DNA of 64,000 nucleotides from Guillardia theta CCMP2712 (taxonomy: Eukaryota > Protista > Cryptophyta), in assembly GCF_000315625.1 (NCBI RefSeq), contig NW_005434660.1, forward strand, positions 358,711 through 422,710, written 5' to 3'. Below are positions 1 through 12,661 of the stretch, in pieces. The notes beneath the pieces were generated by a model. That model saw nothing but the letters and a program-made list of their open reading frames with translations, was not told the origin of the DNA and did not search any database. How positions within the stretch are numbered: position 1 is the stretch's first letter; every line of letters begins with the position of its first letter. Position numbers and translations under genes: made by a program.

Positions 1-116
1 CAATATGAACGCAGCTGCGACGACAGTGTGACCAGGGCAGGAAAGTGCTCGATCAATGAAGGTTGGAGTCGACAGTGTAGGAGAGGAGCAAGGGAGAGGA
101 CCAATGGCGGGAAACC

Positions 117-119
117 AGG

Positions 120-155
<36 letters not shown>

Positions 156-161
156 ATGAGA

Positions 162-203
<42 letters not shown>

Positions 204-262
204 ATGAGAAGGAGGAGGAGGTTGTGGTGGAGGAGGAGCAGGAGCAGGAGCAGGAGCAGGAG
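117..262. repeat. (GAGCAG)n purine-rich microsatellite
   Basis: Imperfect tandem caggag units. It generates the spurious EQ/RS-repeat ORFs. Confidence 0.9.
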
Positions 263-605
263 CTATCGAAAGCTCAAGAAGGCGGCGAACAAGGCGGGTA
301 GCTGGGACCAGGGGGTGTTTGAAGTAGATTGGGGGGGTAAGGGGTTATCACCCTCAGCGTTTAGGCAGAAGAATGTACGGGTCATGAAAACTCCAGCGGT
401 AGCATTGATGTCAGACAGAGGGGTGAAGACAGGGGCAAGTACGGGTACTGGAACGTTGGGATCAATCAGGATCTGCTGGACAGAGGGGGTCCTCTTTCAA
501 ACTTTGCCAAATGAACAACTTTGAAGCTTTACATTTTATGACACGCATAGTTCAGCTAAAAGTTTTTGAAGTTTCAAAGTTTGCAAGCGCAAAGGCGGAT
601 TTTCG

Positions 606-2487
606 ATGTCCTGCCACAGTGCTTTGCGCCGCCGCCTCAATGCGAGGATGGTGAGCTTCAGCGCTAGATACTCCTCCCTCCTTCTTCCTCTTCCTCCCTC
701 CTCCCCTCGCACTACATCCACAAGACTTCAGAAAACCTTCCCTGCCACATCTTGGTCTCCGCCACCGTTCCTGTGCAGGGCTCTGTCATCGAGAAACGAG
801 GTTGAGGAGAGGATCCGGAAGTACGCGAAAGAAGCTTGCAGAGTTGAGGAGCTGCAAGGTTTTGAAGCAAAGGACGTGCTCTCGAGTGCTGTGATTGGTG
901 CTGGAACCATGGGTGGGGGGATTGCAATGTGCCTGGCAGAGAAAAACATCAAGGTGCAACTGATTGACAAAGATCCGAAGATGCTGCAGGGGTGCTTCGA
1001 GAGGATGAAGAAGAACTGGGAGAATGCAGTGAGCAAGGGAAAGATCACAAAGGAGGTGCTGGAACAAAGGCTCAAGTGTATTCACCTTCACGACTCCGTG
1101 GATGCATGTCGGGGGGTCGATCTGGTGATCGAGGCGATCTTCGAGGACATGAAGGCTAAGAAGGAGATCTTCAAGGAGGTGGACACGGTTGCGAAGGAGG
1201 ATGCGATCCTCGCCAGCAACACCTCAACTCTCAACATCGATCATATCTTCTCCGACGTCTCCCGCCCTCACAACACTGTTGGGCTGCATTTCTTCTCGCC
1301 GGCACAAGTTATGCCGCTGCTGGAGGTTGTCCGCGGAGGAAGCTCCTCCAAACAGACTTTGGCGACAGCGATGAAGCTAGGACAGACGCTCGGAAAGAGT
1401 CCTGTGCTTGCAGGAAACTGCTTCGGCTTTATTGGAAACCGAATGTTTGAGTCGTACACCAAGGAAGCCATGTTCTTGCTCGAGGAAGGTGCTCTTCCAC
1501 ACGAGGTTCACGACTCTTTCATCCTCACGATACCTTCTTGATCTTGGTCGGTGCAGGTCGATGAGGCGATTCAAGAGTGGGGGATGGTGATGGGGCCTTT
1601 TGCTGTGAGCGACCTGGCAGGAAAGTGTTCCTGGCCTATCGTTGCTTTTTCTCATGGTCGAATGATTGCAGGGTTGGACATCGGGTACCTCATTCGAAAG
1701 GAGCAGGGGCTGGTGGATCCTCAGACCCGATCTAAGGAGTGAGGAAGATATCATGTTGTGAGAGGGGTTTTCATCCTTTCTCAGATCGGGAAGATACGCA
1801 GGGACGATCGCAGACAGGCTGGTTCTTTCAGGCAGGAAAGGGCAGAAGACACAGGTGCTCAGCAGCGCTGTGGAGGGTATGCGCCATGACCTGTCATGGC
1901 AGGGGGGTTTCTATGATTATTCCAAGGGGAGGAATCCAGAAAGAGATCCCTCGGTCGAGGAGATTGTCAAGTCGGTCTCTCGAGGTGCATACCAACTTTG
2001 AGTTTGCCAGGGGAGATGACTGTGAACTATGTCTGTGCGAGAAGATCTCGGGGTCACTCGCCGTAAGATACAGAAGGAGGAGATAGTCGAGAGATGCATT
2101 CTCAGCCTCGTCAATGAGGGCTATAAGGTTGACATCGTTTGTCAAAATCCTTTCGTATCCCCTGTTGTGACACTCGTCAAAAGATCCTGGACGAAGGGAT
2201 TGCCAGAGCGTGGACCGACATTGATGTTGTTTATGCCTACGGCTATGGAGCTCGAAACCAGCAGCCCATGACGTATGCGAGAGAACTTGGGATGAAGAAG
2301 GTGAAAGGAGGAGGAGGAAGAGGATTGGATCTGTGACATCGCGGTGAAGGTGTTGGAGCTTATTCGCAAGTATCAGAGGCAATGTCCGGATGCTCCTCAC
2401 TGGAAACCAGCGCAAGGGATTCTAGACGCTCTGAGAGAAGAAGATCGGTTGCGAGCTCAACAGCAGAACGTCCCGTATCTCGGTTAG
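606..2487 (+). CDS. 3-hydroxyacyl-CoA dehydrogenase (NAD-binding domain plus two C-terminal domains), probable organellar presequence, ~7 introns
   Basis: Motifs VIGAGTMGGGIA, LVIEAIFED, ILASNTSTL, GLHFFSPA, GFIGNRM, MGPF..DLAGLDI, GQKT.GFYDY and DIDVVYAYGYG across spliced exons. Stop TAG at 2485-2487. Confidence 0.92.
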
Positions 2488-2641
2488 GAGACTATCATTG
2501 ATCTTTCTTGTTCAAAGGCAGGAACGGTCCAAAAAACTACAATGAACACGCTGAAACACAACTTGCACTGGCAAAATTAACGACACATCGTGATGATATG
2601 CCGGTAAACAGCGATAGGGTGGCTTCATGTGTGGGGGTCCT

Positions 2642-3572
2642 TCACTCGGAGGCATCTACTGCAATGTTGCTGGTCACGGTCTTTCCCGTAGCATCGAAGA
2701 GCCCTGCGGACGAATATCAGAGAGGAAGGGAGGGAGGGAGCGAGGGGGGAAAGGAGGAGCAGAAGGTTTGCCAGGCACCTTGAGTCATCTTGGAAGACTT
2801 GGTCTTAGGAGAGAAGCCACAAGTCTTGTCGGTTTCTTCCTTGGCGATGACCTTGACGGCGCTTGCACTTTCGTCTGAGAGAATTTATGAGAAAATGACG
2901 CTTCAACCCATGTATTCCTTCCCGTTTCTCCCTCCCCACTTTCCTTCTTGCTTTCCTCCTCCCTTGACATCTCCCCTTCATCCATCTCTCTACTGACCTT
3001 CGGAGTACCCAACTTCCAGCTCATTCCGCTTTGTCATGAGCACAGGATAGAGATCGCAGGCATATTCCAAGACAAGTCTCTTGAAGAACGTGCATGCCGC
3101 GTTGGCCGAGTCGTCCTCAATGGCAACTCTTCCGCATTCGTACCACTTGTCTGCTCCCTTGACGCGAGCGAAGACGTAGTATGGCTTCTTGCCGGACTTG
3201 ATGAGCTGGTCGAAGCTCTCCAAGTACTGCCAGAAAGAAAAGACGTGGAGAGGCAGCGAGAGCGACGAAAGAGGGAAGGGAGGAGATCAGATTCCTTCAG
3301 ACGACAAGGTGAGCTCGACTCACCTTCTTGGGTATGCCCATGATCTTCTTGGGTGCCTTGGAGGATTTAGCTTGCGACTTCCCTCCAAACCCTGACATGT
3401 GGACGGTGGTGCATGGGGGGGCGCGAAGACGAGGGAGGGGGCGGAGGCAAGCGCCCGACTGTCTTGTCGATGGGAGGAGCGATGGGTGGGAGGGCGGGAG
3501 GGCCTGGAAGCCTTCGGCACCTACTGCCAGCATTGCGACCGCAAGTCCAACAGCGGCCATAACATGCGCCAT
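2642..3572 (-). CDS. HHL1-like plastid protein with bipartite targeting peptide, 4 exons
   Basis: Signal peptide ending AEG|F and an S/R/P-rich transit peptide. Mature part SGFGGK...[20 protein letters not shown]...LYPVL...LEVGY resembles the cyanobacterial/plant HHL1 family (recalled, not searched). Confidence 0.65.
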
Positions 3573-4521
3573 GGTCGTTACGGATTCCAAAGGGCGCCGT
3601 TACATATAGACCTGAGCTGCCCATGCACCGCCCTCACAGAGCGGGAGGACGTCTGTTGGGGGTGACATGCTGAGCGGACAGCACGACTAGACCGAAGGGA
3701 TCACAGAACCAAACAGGTTGTGCTGCAAGAAACGGAGGGAGTGGCAGACACGGAAACGGTTTGACCTGCACGAAGTCACCAGGCAAGCGCAGATAACGCA
3801 AACCTTCTTTCACCATGGAAGATGAATGGACTTTAGCAAAAGTCGTTTCGCCGGATGGTTCAAAGGTGAGAGGCAAGTGAAAACGATGGCATCGCTAACA
3901 GATGAGACAGGAATATGTAGATGCTGACAAACAAAAAAACTTGAATCTGTTGAAGGACTACGTAAACAAGACTTGCAGGATCACTCTGATTGTAACTTTA
4001 AGTTCTTTGCTAATCGGGTTGACTTACCAATCGCTCCTTCCTTCAGGATGGACGGGTTGTTTCAGGCCTTCTCATCTGCTTCGATTATCAGGTGTGCACG
4101 GCTCATCCCATTCCAGCTGATCATGTGAACTGCTTTCATGGCGGATGCTTGTGATTGTAAACTTCAATTTCCATGACATCAGGTCCATGTTGCAGGGAAA
4201 TGTCCTAGTGAACAATGCTTCTGAAGAATCCACCAAGATGTCATCGTCGGGATCAGAGACAAAAGTTGTATATCTCCTTTGAGCTTTCTTCAGATTGACG
4301 CGCATATTGCAGGAAACGCGATCTTTGGGAATGATTATGGTTCTTTCTTGAGTTACCGAGAACCGCTCTGACTATAATGTAGGTCAAACCGCAACATCTC
4401 GTCAAGTTTGAAGTAGGACAATTATCAGATTCACCTAGTCTATGTGATGATTCAGTTTGTTTATGACGATAAGGTACACTAAACGATTCTTGGAAAGCAG
4501 TTTAAGAAGGAAGAAATGAGA

Positions 4522-6228
4522 CTAATCATCTGGGCTAAGCTCAAAATCAGGGCGATGACTTCGCCCGATGTACCCCGATTGCAATCGATTTCTATTCTTC
4601 ATCATCAATTCCACATCAAAAATGTATCTGAGAAAAATCCCAGTGAGTAAAACATGAAGAAAGCTTACTAATAGCACTCACCTGTAAGAGTACATGAAAT
4701 CTCTCTTTCCGGGATCAGTCTTGCGCGGTCCTCGCATTCCTCTCATTGGTTTGATACCAATCTGACGCAAGATTTCGTACACAGGACCAGTAGGTTCCTT
4801 AATGTTCGTCTTTCCATTCACGAGCCAGCAGCGATTTTCATCTTCCAGCACCATCCTCCTGATCTCCATATTGAAAACTTGAAGCTCGTGCACTTGTATC
4901 TCAGAGAAACCCAGAATACAATTTCCTCCATCGTCCTTAGATTTCACTAGTTTCAAAACATTTTTGCTTTCCAATTGAATAAGGAGATGCATCAAATCCT
5001 TCATCCTGTTCCTTGCGTTGGGTTTGACATGAATCCCCAGAGTTTCTTTCGCAAGCCCTTCAAGTGCAATATCAGCTTCGACTGCTCGGGAGCTCAGAAT
5101 AGATGACGAAGATGGCGAGCCTGAGGCTTCTGACGCGGGGTGATACTCGCAAGGTCGAACTGGTTGAAAATTGTCTAGGCTATTGTTCACTTTCTCTTTG
5201 AATTCTGGCACTTCAAAAGCTGTTGGCGGGCATGGCTTGGCCAAACCTATCAAAGAATCAATCGCTTTCACAGAAAATTTGTCTGGTTCACCTGTTAGCG
5301 AAGCCCACACAGGTATGGACATGCCAGCAGAAAAGATTGAGTCTTCTTCGTCGTCAGCTTTGTTGTTCACAACAGCTGAAGAAGCAGAAGACGCAGGATG
5401 ATGAAGAGGCTCCTGTCGTATAGCTACACTTTGTGGAATTGCGAAGCCAGAAAAATTGATATCCTGTTTGGGAGCATCCTTTGATTTCATCTCCGAGTTT
5501 ACACGATTAGACTTAGCAGGTTGCACGATGTGAAAATTTCCGAAAGAAATGTATGATTTTCCTTCACTAAGAGGCATGCTTGTTGGCACATTGAGTTGTT
5601 GAGGCTTGGATTGGAGTGGCTTGGAGGGGAATTGAGAAGCTTGTTGTTGAAACGACATAGGCTTTAGGAAATCCTTGTTTTCCGAGAATTGCAATGAAAG
5701 AGGCATCTGTACAAAAGGATAGGAATTATCAGTCGAGGCCTTACCCATCTGGGCTTTCTTGTTTCTTGGCCTCCTTTGCTTGACTGGTTTCGCTGTTTGG
5801 GTTGCAGGAACTTTTGAAGGAGCGCAATTAATCTGAACTGGCCTTGCAATCGCAGTGTAGATGGGGTTGAGTACGGCGTCAACTTCATGGGATGGCGCTT
5901 CGCCCAGCAGCGCCGCAGCCACGGTACCCAGATGAGATATTCCAGATAACCTAGGTCGTTTTTCGCTACAACAGCTTTCGAATTCATAAGGTGAATTCCC
6001 ATCATTCTCTTTCTTCTTGGGAACCACATTGAATGCTGAATTCCGTGAATGCTGAAAGGGGAGGAAAAGACTGTTCGATCCCATGTCAAACTTAGTCTCG
6101 TTTTCTAACTTCATCATAATTTCTTGATGTTGCAAAGCTTGGACAGAAGGCAATTTGTCACCAGCGTAGAATAAATTCCGCAGTTGGTGAAGCTGCTGAT
6201 CGGGAGTTTCTTTGAGAACGTCTACCAT
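4522..6228 (-). CDS. Hypothetical protein (~550 aa), S/P/Q-rich with a globular C-terminal region
   Basis: 516-aa ORF ending at an AG|GTGAGT donor near 4682. A final exon 4627-4522 ends in TAG. Confidence 0.7.
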
Positions 6229-8451
6229 TGTTGCTTGATTAAGATGTGATGCTGATCAGAAATTTTTCCGTTTGCCCCTACACTTTGTCTGCCGGGGCCT
6301 GCACAAAGCGCAAAAGTTGTTCCAACCGCGGTTGCAACCAAATGGGTAAATTGCAAAGGAAACGATGAATCCAGGGAAGGAATCAATCAATGAGAAGCTT
6401 GTCTTGCTTGCACGATGTTGTTGGGGCTCGGGTCGAGTCTCCAAAGCAGCCGCTCTCCTTTCTCTCTTGCTCAATCCTTCAGCTGCGCGCGTGAGGTAGG
6501 AGCTCAGCACTTGCCGCAAAGGAGGTACCCTTGTTGATGTATGACCCACCCCACCCCACTCCTAGCGCAATCTTTTTACTTTCATGTTCGGGAAAACTGG
6601 GGTGCTACTCGGCTATCCCAGGGGTGCAATTGGCTCCACCCCACTACCGACTGGATAATTTCTCCTACCCCACCCTGGAACATTCCTTGCAAGGTACTAA
6701 TACTCACCCCTTCCTCCAAACTTGTTGACGGAATTGACTGCCTCCACCACCCACCCGGTCTCCCCCGGAAGCTTCCACCCTCTTCCTCCCCGAAGGTGTA
6801 CCACCCCTTCCACGGAACCCCCCATCACATTAACGGGTAGCCCGGCAACTTAAGTCACTTTTTTCACCCTACTACCACCCGTTCTAGAACACTCCTGCCC
6901 ACCTATAAATCCTACAGCTCATTCGGGCCCCTTGGCTCAACCACCCCTACCCTATATTCCCCCTGTTCCCTGTTCCTACTGAGGACCTCTGTCTACCCCA
7001 CCCTCTTAGGCTGGTCAACCTCCTCCAGCTTGAATTTACTTCCACGCATACCCATCACTGTGCTACCCCACCCTCGTCCACTTTACATGGTCGTTTGGCC
7101 CCACCTATCACTTCCCTTGTCCTCTTTCCAGCGTCCTCCAGCTCATGTGACGGCAAACCCGCTGTGCCCCTCTCGGCCTCCCACCCTGCCCACCTGGCTC
7201 CCGTTCCCCTTGACACAAGCGGATTCAGACCACCCTACCCGTTCCTTTGTGCTTGAGTCCGCTACCCCTGCAAATCTAAAACTACGATCGAAAGACTAGG
7301 ACCCCCACCCCTCAGCTCTATTCTTTGCTTTCCCAGTCATCTGCACCCAAATACTCCCTACCCTTGTTGGAAGGCACCGGAAATTACCGCAAACATATAC
7401 AGAGGTAGGTACCCCCGTCAGTCGGATTGATATGAATATGAGTGTTTTCAGATTGCTGAGAGCCGGACTTTTTAAAATTCTGCCCGCTTACCCCACCCCC
7501 ATGTGTTCCTTTGTTTTAACTAAAAGAAAGAAACCGCATATCCTGCTTTACCCACCCTACCGATCAGCAGAAGGGCAAGGACCCCCTGAACCAAATCTGC
7601 CCCTAGCAACGATGGTTGCACACAAGAGTCCCGATTGGGTGGGGTCATGCCGGAGACCTGCGAGTACGGGTACTTCCTCACATATCTGCACCGACTCGGG
7701 TTTCGCCGAAAATGTTCCATTCCGTTGCGAGCGTACGGATGGGTGGGGTATATTTTGACTCAAACTGTAGGGTAGGGTGTTGATGTTCGAGGGCGCTCCA
7801 TAGCTCCTGGTTTACCAAAGAAAATACAAAAAATCATTTTACAACTTCTTTTAGAGAGTATCAGCTATTTGCGTACCCCTGCATTAAATAAGTGGTCAAA
7901 AAGACGGGTGGATAGGTGCCGAGTCTGCCCCTGATGCTGACATTTTTTTTTCTGAAAATTATCGAAACACTGGGGTATTAAAAAGATATAGACGAGTTGG
8001 TCCGATTAGGAGGGTGGAAAGGGGTGGGGTCATGGGATAAAACTTATTTGAACGGGGTTGATGAGTGTAAGCATGCGACTGTTTTTTTTTAGGGATGCAT
8101 GATGACCCTCGAAATGAGCTACAAGGAGCACCCACCCCTGTCCCCCCCATACAACCCGACGCAGGTGACGTGGCCCATCACACGTATCTAGGATGAACAA
8201 AAATGGACCGGAAACACGGGGACCACCCCCACCAAAACCTTTTATTATATTATTATCCTGGTCCGTTTTCTGTCTGTGTGCTCGTGACCTGTCGTCAGCA
8301 ATGCCTTGTCTAACAAAGCTGAGGCGAGCTTGCTTCGGAGGCAGCCGGCCCGGGCCGGACCAACTCAGCTCCAGCGGCTGTGAGGGCTCCAGTCAGAAAC
8401 TCTGAGGCGGGCGATCATGTCTGACATAAGCCGACGTCGATAGCTGAACCC

Positions 8452-10180
8452 ATGGGAAAGGCAAGACTTGGGATGAAGCAAGTGATGTTCTGCTTGCTGG
8501 TTGGCACGCTTCCCTTGAGCGTGGACGCGTTCGTATCAAAGACAGGCTTGCTAGGTCGTTCCCAGTCAACGAGGCATCTGACGTGTAATCGAGGTCATCG
8601 CAAAGCACAGAAGTTGTTCTTGTTGGCCGAGGACAGTCGAGGCGAAAGACAGGAGAGGGCAAGAAAATTGGCAGATGATGCCTGGAAAGCACTTGTAGTA
8701 GCAAGGGAGGCTGAAGCTAAGGCGTCGACGCTTCGTGCGGGGAGATCGACACTGACTGATGTATCCTCTGAGATACGAATGAAGAAGCTCTTCGGGAGTT
8801 TTGCAGACACGCTCTACAAGAGCTGGGGAGCAGTGCTGACAGGTCGACCAGGAGAGGTTGATCCTCTTGGTATGAATTCCAGAATTTCTGAAACAAGTCA
8901 AGATGACAAGGACTTCCGAATCCGATCGGTGTTCGATAGACTTGATCAGGACATAAACGGAGGTGTCGACAAGCAGGAACTGTTGCAAGGGCTCAAGACA
9001 ATAATGAATTTCGAGGCCGATAACACCATCGATGACTTGTTTGATGAGGCGGATGCGAACGGTGATGGTCTCATCCAGTATGAAGAGTTCAGTCGAGTTG
9101 TAAACACATACATGGCAAAGATGGAAAGTGTCGAGCTGGCCGAGCGAGCATCGCAAGCACAGCAATTAAGTCAAAGGTTTTCCAGATCATACGATACCGT
9201 GTATGCAGAACTCAACGAAATCAATCTGATCGGAGACGCTAACGCGACTGTGCCTGCACTGGATCGCCTGAAGCAAGAAGGGAAACTGCTGTGGTGGAAC
9301 TCGGCTCCAAGGATTTCCCAAGATACCACGCCGCAACGAATGCTTTCCGTCACCGGAATGTCCGATCCCGACAAACAGATGGGCATATCCGTCGACTCGT
9401 TCAGCAAGTTTCGGTATCAGGGAGTCGGCGTTCTCGGTATCACAGGGGCCCTTTCTCTTATTCTCGCCGGATTCCCTGGTCCGTGGTTGTACCTGATCCC
9501 ACCGGACCTGTTGGCTGGTTACGGATACATCACATTGATCATCAACATCTTTGTGACAGTATTTGGGAGGCAGCTGGATGGCTTGAATGAGAAGCGAATC
9601 CTTGACCAAACCAGCAACAGTGGTGACAGGTGGGTTAGAAGAGAAGCGGGAAGGTTTATCGGTGCTTACCTGTGCGGATTACCCCTGGAGAGTATCCTGC
9701 CGGACAGGAATGGCTACAGCATCGTCAAGGTGTTTTCGAAGCGCTCAGGCAACTTTGATTTGGAGAAGCTACGAGCTTCTGTCATGGGCGATGGGTTCAT
9801 CCCTGAGGGGCTTACCAAACAAGAGATGGACAGACAATCCATCGTCCAGATGTTCGGGCCTGTTGCAGAGTACATCAAGTATGGAGAAGCCACATTTGGA
9901 TACCGGTACTTTCGTCAGTTGGACCTCGAGCTGGATCTTGCACAGAGTATCCTTGATAGGAGAGCTCGGCAGATACAGGCCAGGTATGGAATCACCATGT
10001 CCTTTCAGATCATCAAGCAGCACGAAGAAGGATTCGAAAAGGTTGAGTGTGTGTTGATTGTCATGTACAGATGTGCTGACTACATTCTTGAAGGTTGTGG
10101 ACGCTTTTAAAAGAGGATGCCAACCAGCCGAGATCATTGCTATTTTCGAAACAGCTTCTCTGTCCCAGAGAGTAGAATAG
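8452..10180 (+). CDS. Plastid-targeted EF-hand + TM + peptidase M41-like (VIR3-type) protein with a degenerate zinc motif
   Basis: Signal peptide ending VDA|F. EF loops DQDINGGVDKQE and DANGDGLIQYEE. Two TM helices. WVRREAGRFIGAYLCGLP aligns to the family HEAGHFLvAYLlGlP. One intron at ~10042-10093. Confidence 0.75.
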
Positions 10181-10332
10181 AAGAACAACGACAATGACGG
10201 GAGTAACCAGCAAGGCTTTGTATGCTAATGTTATGCTAATGTGTGGCGATGGGTAGATAAATGTACAGAGTTTTCACAAACAGCACTGAAACTCAATGAG
10301 CTCAAATCCTGAGAAGCGCAGAAGCTTGAGTA

Positions 10333-11500
10333 TTAATGCATGAAGGAGCGTTCGATTTTCTTGGACTGGAGCACGCAGGATCTAAGGGCTACACGAGTGA
10401 GAGACAAGCATCGTGCAACTTGTTTTACCCTGTAGGTCGATGATATCTTCGGACAGCCGGACGACTTGTGCTTGTTTCAAGTATCCTATTATTGAGTCAG
10501 ATATGCCAACGTTGTGATCCTTGGCGTGCACAACCTGCTTGAATGAGGGACTTTGCGCACAAGCCTCCACGGAAGCTTCTTGCTACTTTCAAGTAGGAAG
10601 GCAGGAGTTGCGAATTGCCCGCAAGACGTAGCTAATGCCAACAAAACAAAATGATAAGATTTTGCAACAAAGATCAACAACAACGATGGATACCAGGTTG
10701 GAAATGGAGCTCTTGCTGGTGAAATCATCATCGTCGAACAATCCAGACTGTTTCATTTCTTCGTCCGTCTTACCGAACAAAATTCCTCTTTTACACTTGT
10801 CATTTTCGCCATCACAGAGTCTCTGCGTCAAGATTTCCATTTGCACATTTGAGTTGACTTCTTGAGGTCCATTGCCGACCTGCTTCTGACACTTGTGAGG
10901 TGGAAACAAGTGAGAATTAAGAGCGTCTTCCTCTCGATCAGGTTGATCTCCATCGGTCAACGTCCTGTTGTCAGTGAGCTTCTCATCGGTTTCAACCGCT
11001 CTTTCTTCTACAAGGGAGTCCAAGTGACCGCCTGTTCCTTTCTGTTGCGGCATGCGCTCCACAAAATCACTGCCTTCTAATGCAGAGGATTTCACGCCTC
11101 CATCCTGCATTGCTTCGCTCTCGGGAGGCGAGGCAGAGGGGCTAACTTCATTTTGCATTTCCTGTGTGACTCTTTCATCAACCGGACTCTGATCCGCCCC
11201 CTCGATCGGCATATAGGACATATGGCATTCCGCATTTCCTGTCCGCAACAAAGCTTTGCTATCATCAACAGTTTCACTGTCACCTTTCTCCTCTTGGGTG
11301 GGGGCCCCAGTAGTGCTTGCGATGACTGCCTCCCCTCCCTGCTCTCCTGCGCATACTTCTTGCTCTCCTGTTCGCACTTCTTGCTCTCCCGCACGTATTT
11401 CTTTCAACGATCCTCCACCGTAGTCAGGTGAAGCCTCCTGCTCTCCTCCCTCCTCCTCCCGGCCCTTGCGATCTTGTTCACCACCCTCACTGCACGCCAT
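10333..11500 (-). CDS. Hypothetical acidic low-complexity protein, ~4 exons
   Basis: Long E-rich ORF from ATG 11500 (or 11626). Short GT-AG introns give a continuous frame to TAA at 10333. Confidence 0.5.
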
Positions 11501-12661
11501 TTCAAAACCTGTCTCAAAACCGAAGAACTCTTGACGACGGTAGTCAAGGCCGAGTACCGTACCGGGCCGCCGGTCGGACGCCGCCCGGCCCGGCGGGGCC
11601 GCGACCTTCAAGATTCCGAAGTTCATGATTCAAGTCCGAGTGCGGAGTCACTGGCACGTGGCGCGGTCATCATCGCTGCCCGGATATGATCACAGTCACG
11701 GTAGTCACTGCGGGATAAAAGGTATCAGTTAAGTTTGGGGGACAGCAGTCACACTGGCACTGCAGGCAGTTTGGATCAAGTTGGGCTGGCTCTCGTTGTC
11801 GGCCCGGTTTTTCCTCTTCTCGCCGCCATGTGCCACCGGCCTGTGACCGTACCCCGCGGGGCCGCCGGCAGTGGGCCGGCCGCCGGGACGGTGACCGTCG
11901 GGCGACTCAGTGACTCGCAGCGGCGGGCGGTGAGTCAGTCAGCCTCCGGCCGTCGGAGCAGTACCGGGTAACGGTGCAGTGCGGTCCTCCGCCCCCCGGG
12001 CCCCCGGCGACTCACTGCCAGTACGGTCACGGGGGCCGGGGCTCGTCGGGCCGCTGCGGGTGCGCCGGGTGAGCCAGCAGACGGTGAGACGCCGGACCGA
12101 TCATGCCACTGCCGAGAGGAGGAGCCCAGCTCAATGACAGTCGACAGTGACGGCTCAGACGGTGCCGCAGGCTGTGCCACGAGCAGAAGCTCGAGATGAA
12201 GAAGGGAAGACAAGTTAGAGGCAAGGGAAGACGCGAGTGACTGGCAGAGAGACGAGGAAAGCAGTCCCGCCAGAGACACTTGAAGAGCACCGGGGGATTG
12301 AGGAGCGTTGGAGTGCTTGCAGTCACACATACAACAGGATGTATGCAAACCGTGATAGAGTGAGAGACATAGAGGGAGAAAGTGGGATACTGAGGTCATC
12401 GGACTGGGCCTAGTGAGTGAGCGAGGGGTCTGAGCAGCTTTTCTCCAAAAGTTGTTGGGAACAAGTTGTAGCCGATCGCCGTGTAAGCATAGAGAAACAA
12501 TGAGCGAAATGAAGAAAGAAGGCGATCAAGACTTATGGCAGGAGTTTTGCAGCCTTGCAGTAGAAATACCAGATTGTGACACATACCAGCAGAGTCAGTA
12601 TGAGTGGGATGAGGCAGCGAGAGGAGGGTGACTGAAGCGGCAGTCGCGAGTTGAAGGCTCA

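Noticed and set aside
4072-4305. 77-aa minus-strand ORF
   Set aside because: No motif, and no consistent spliced continuation could be built.
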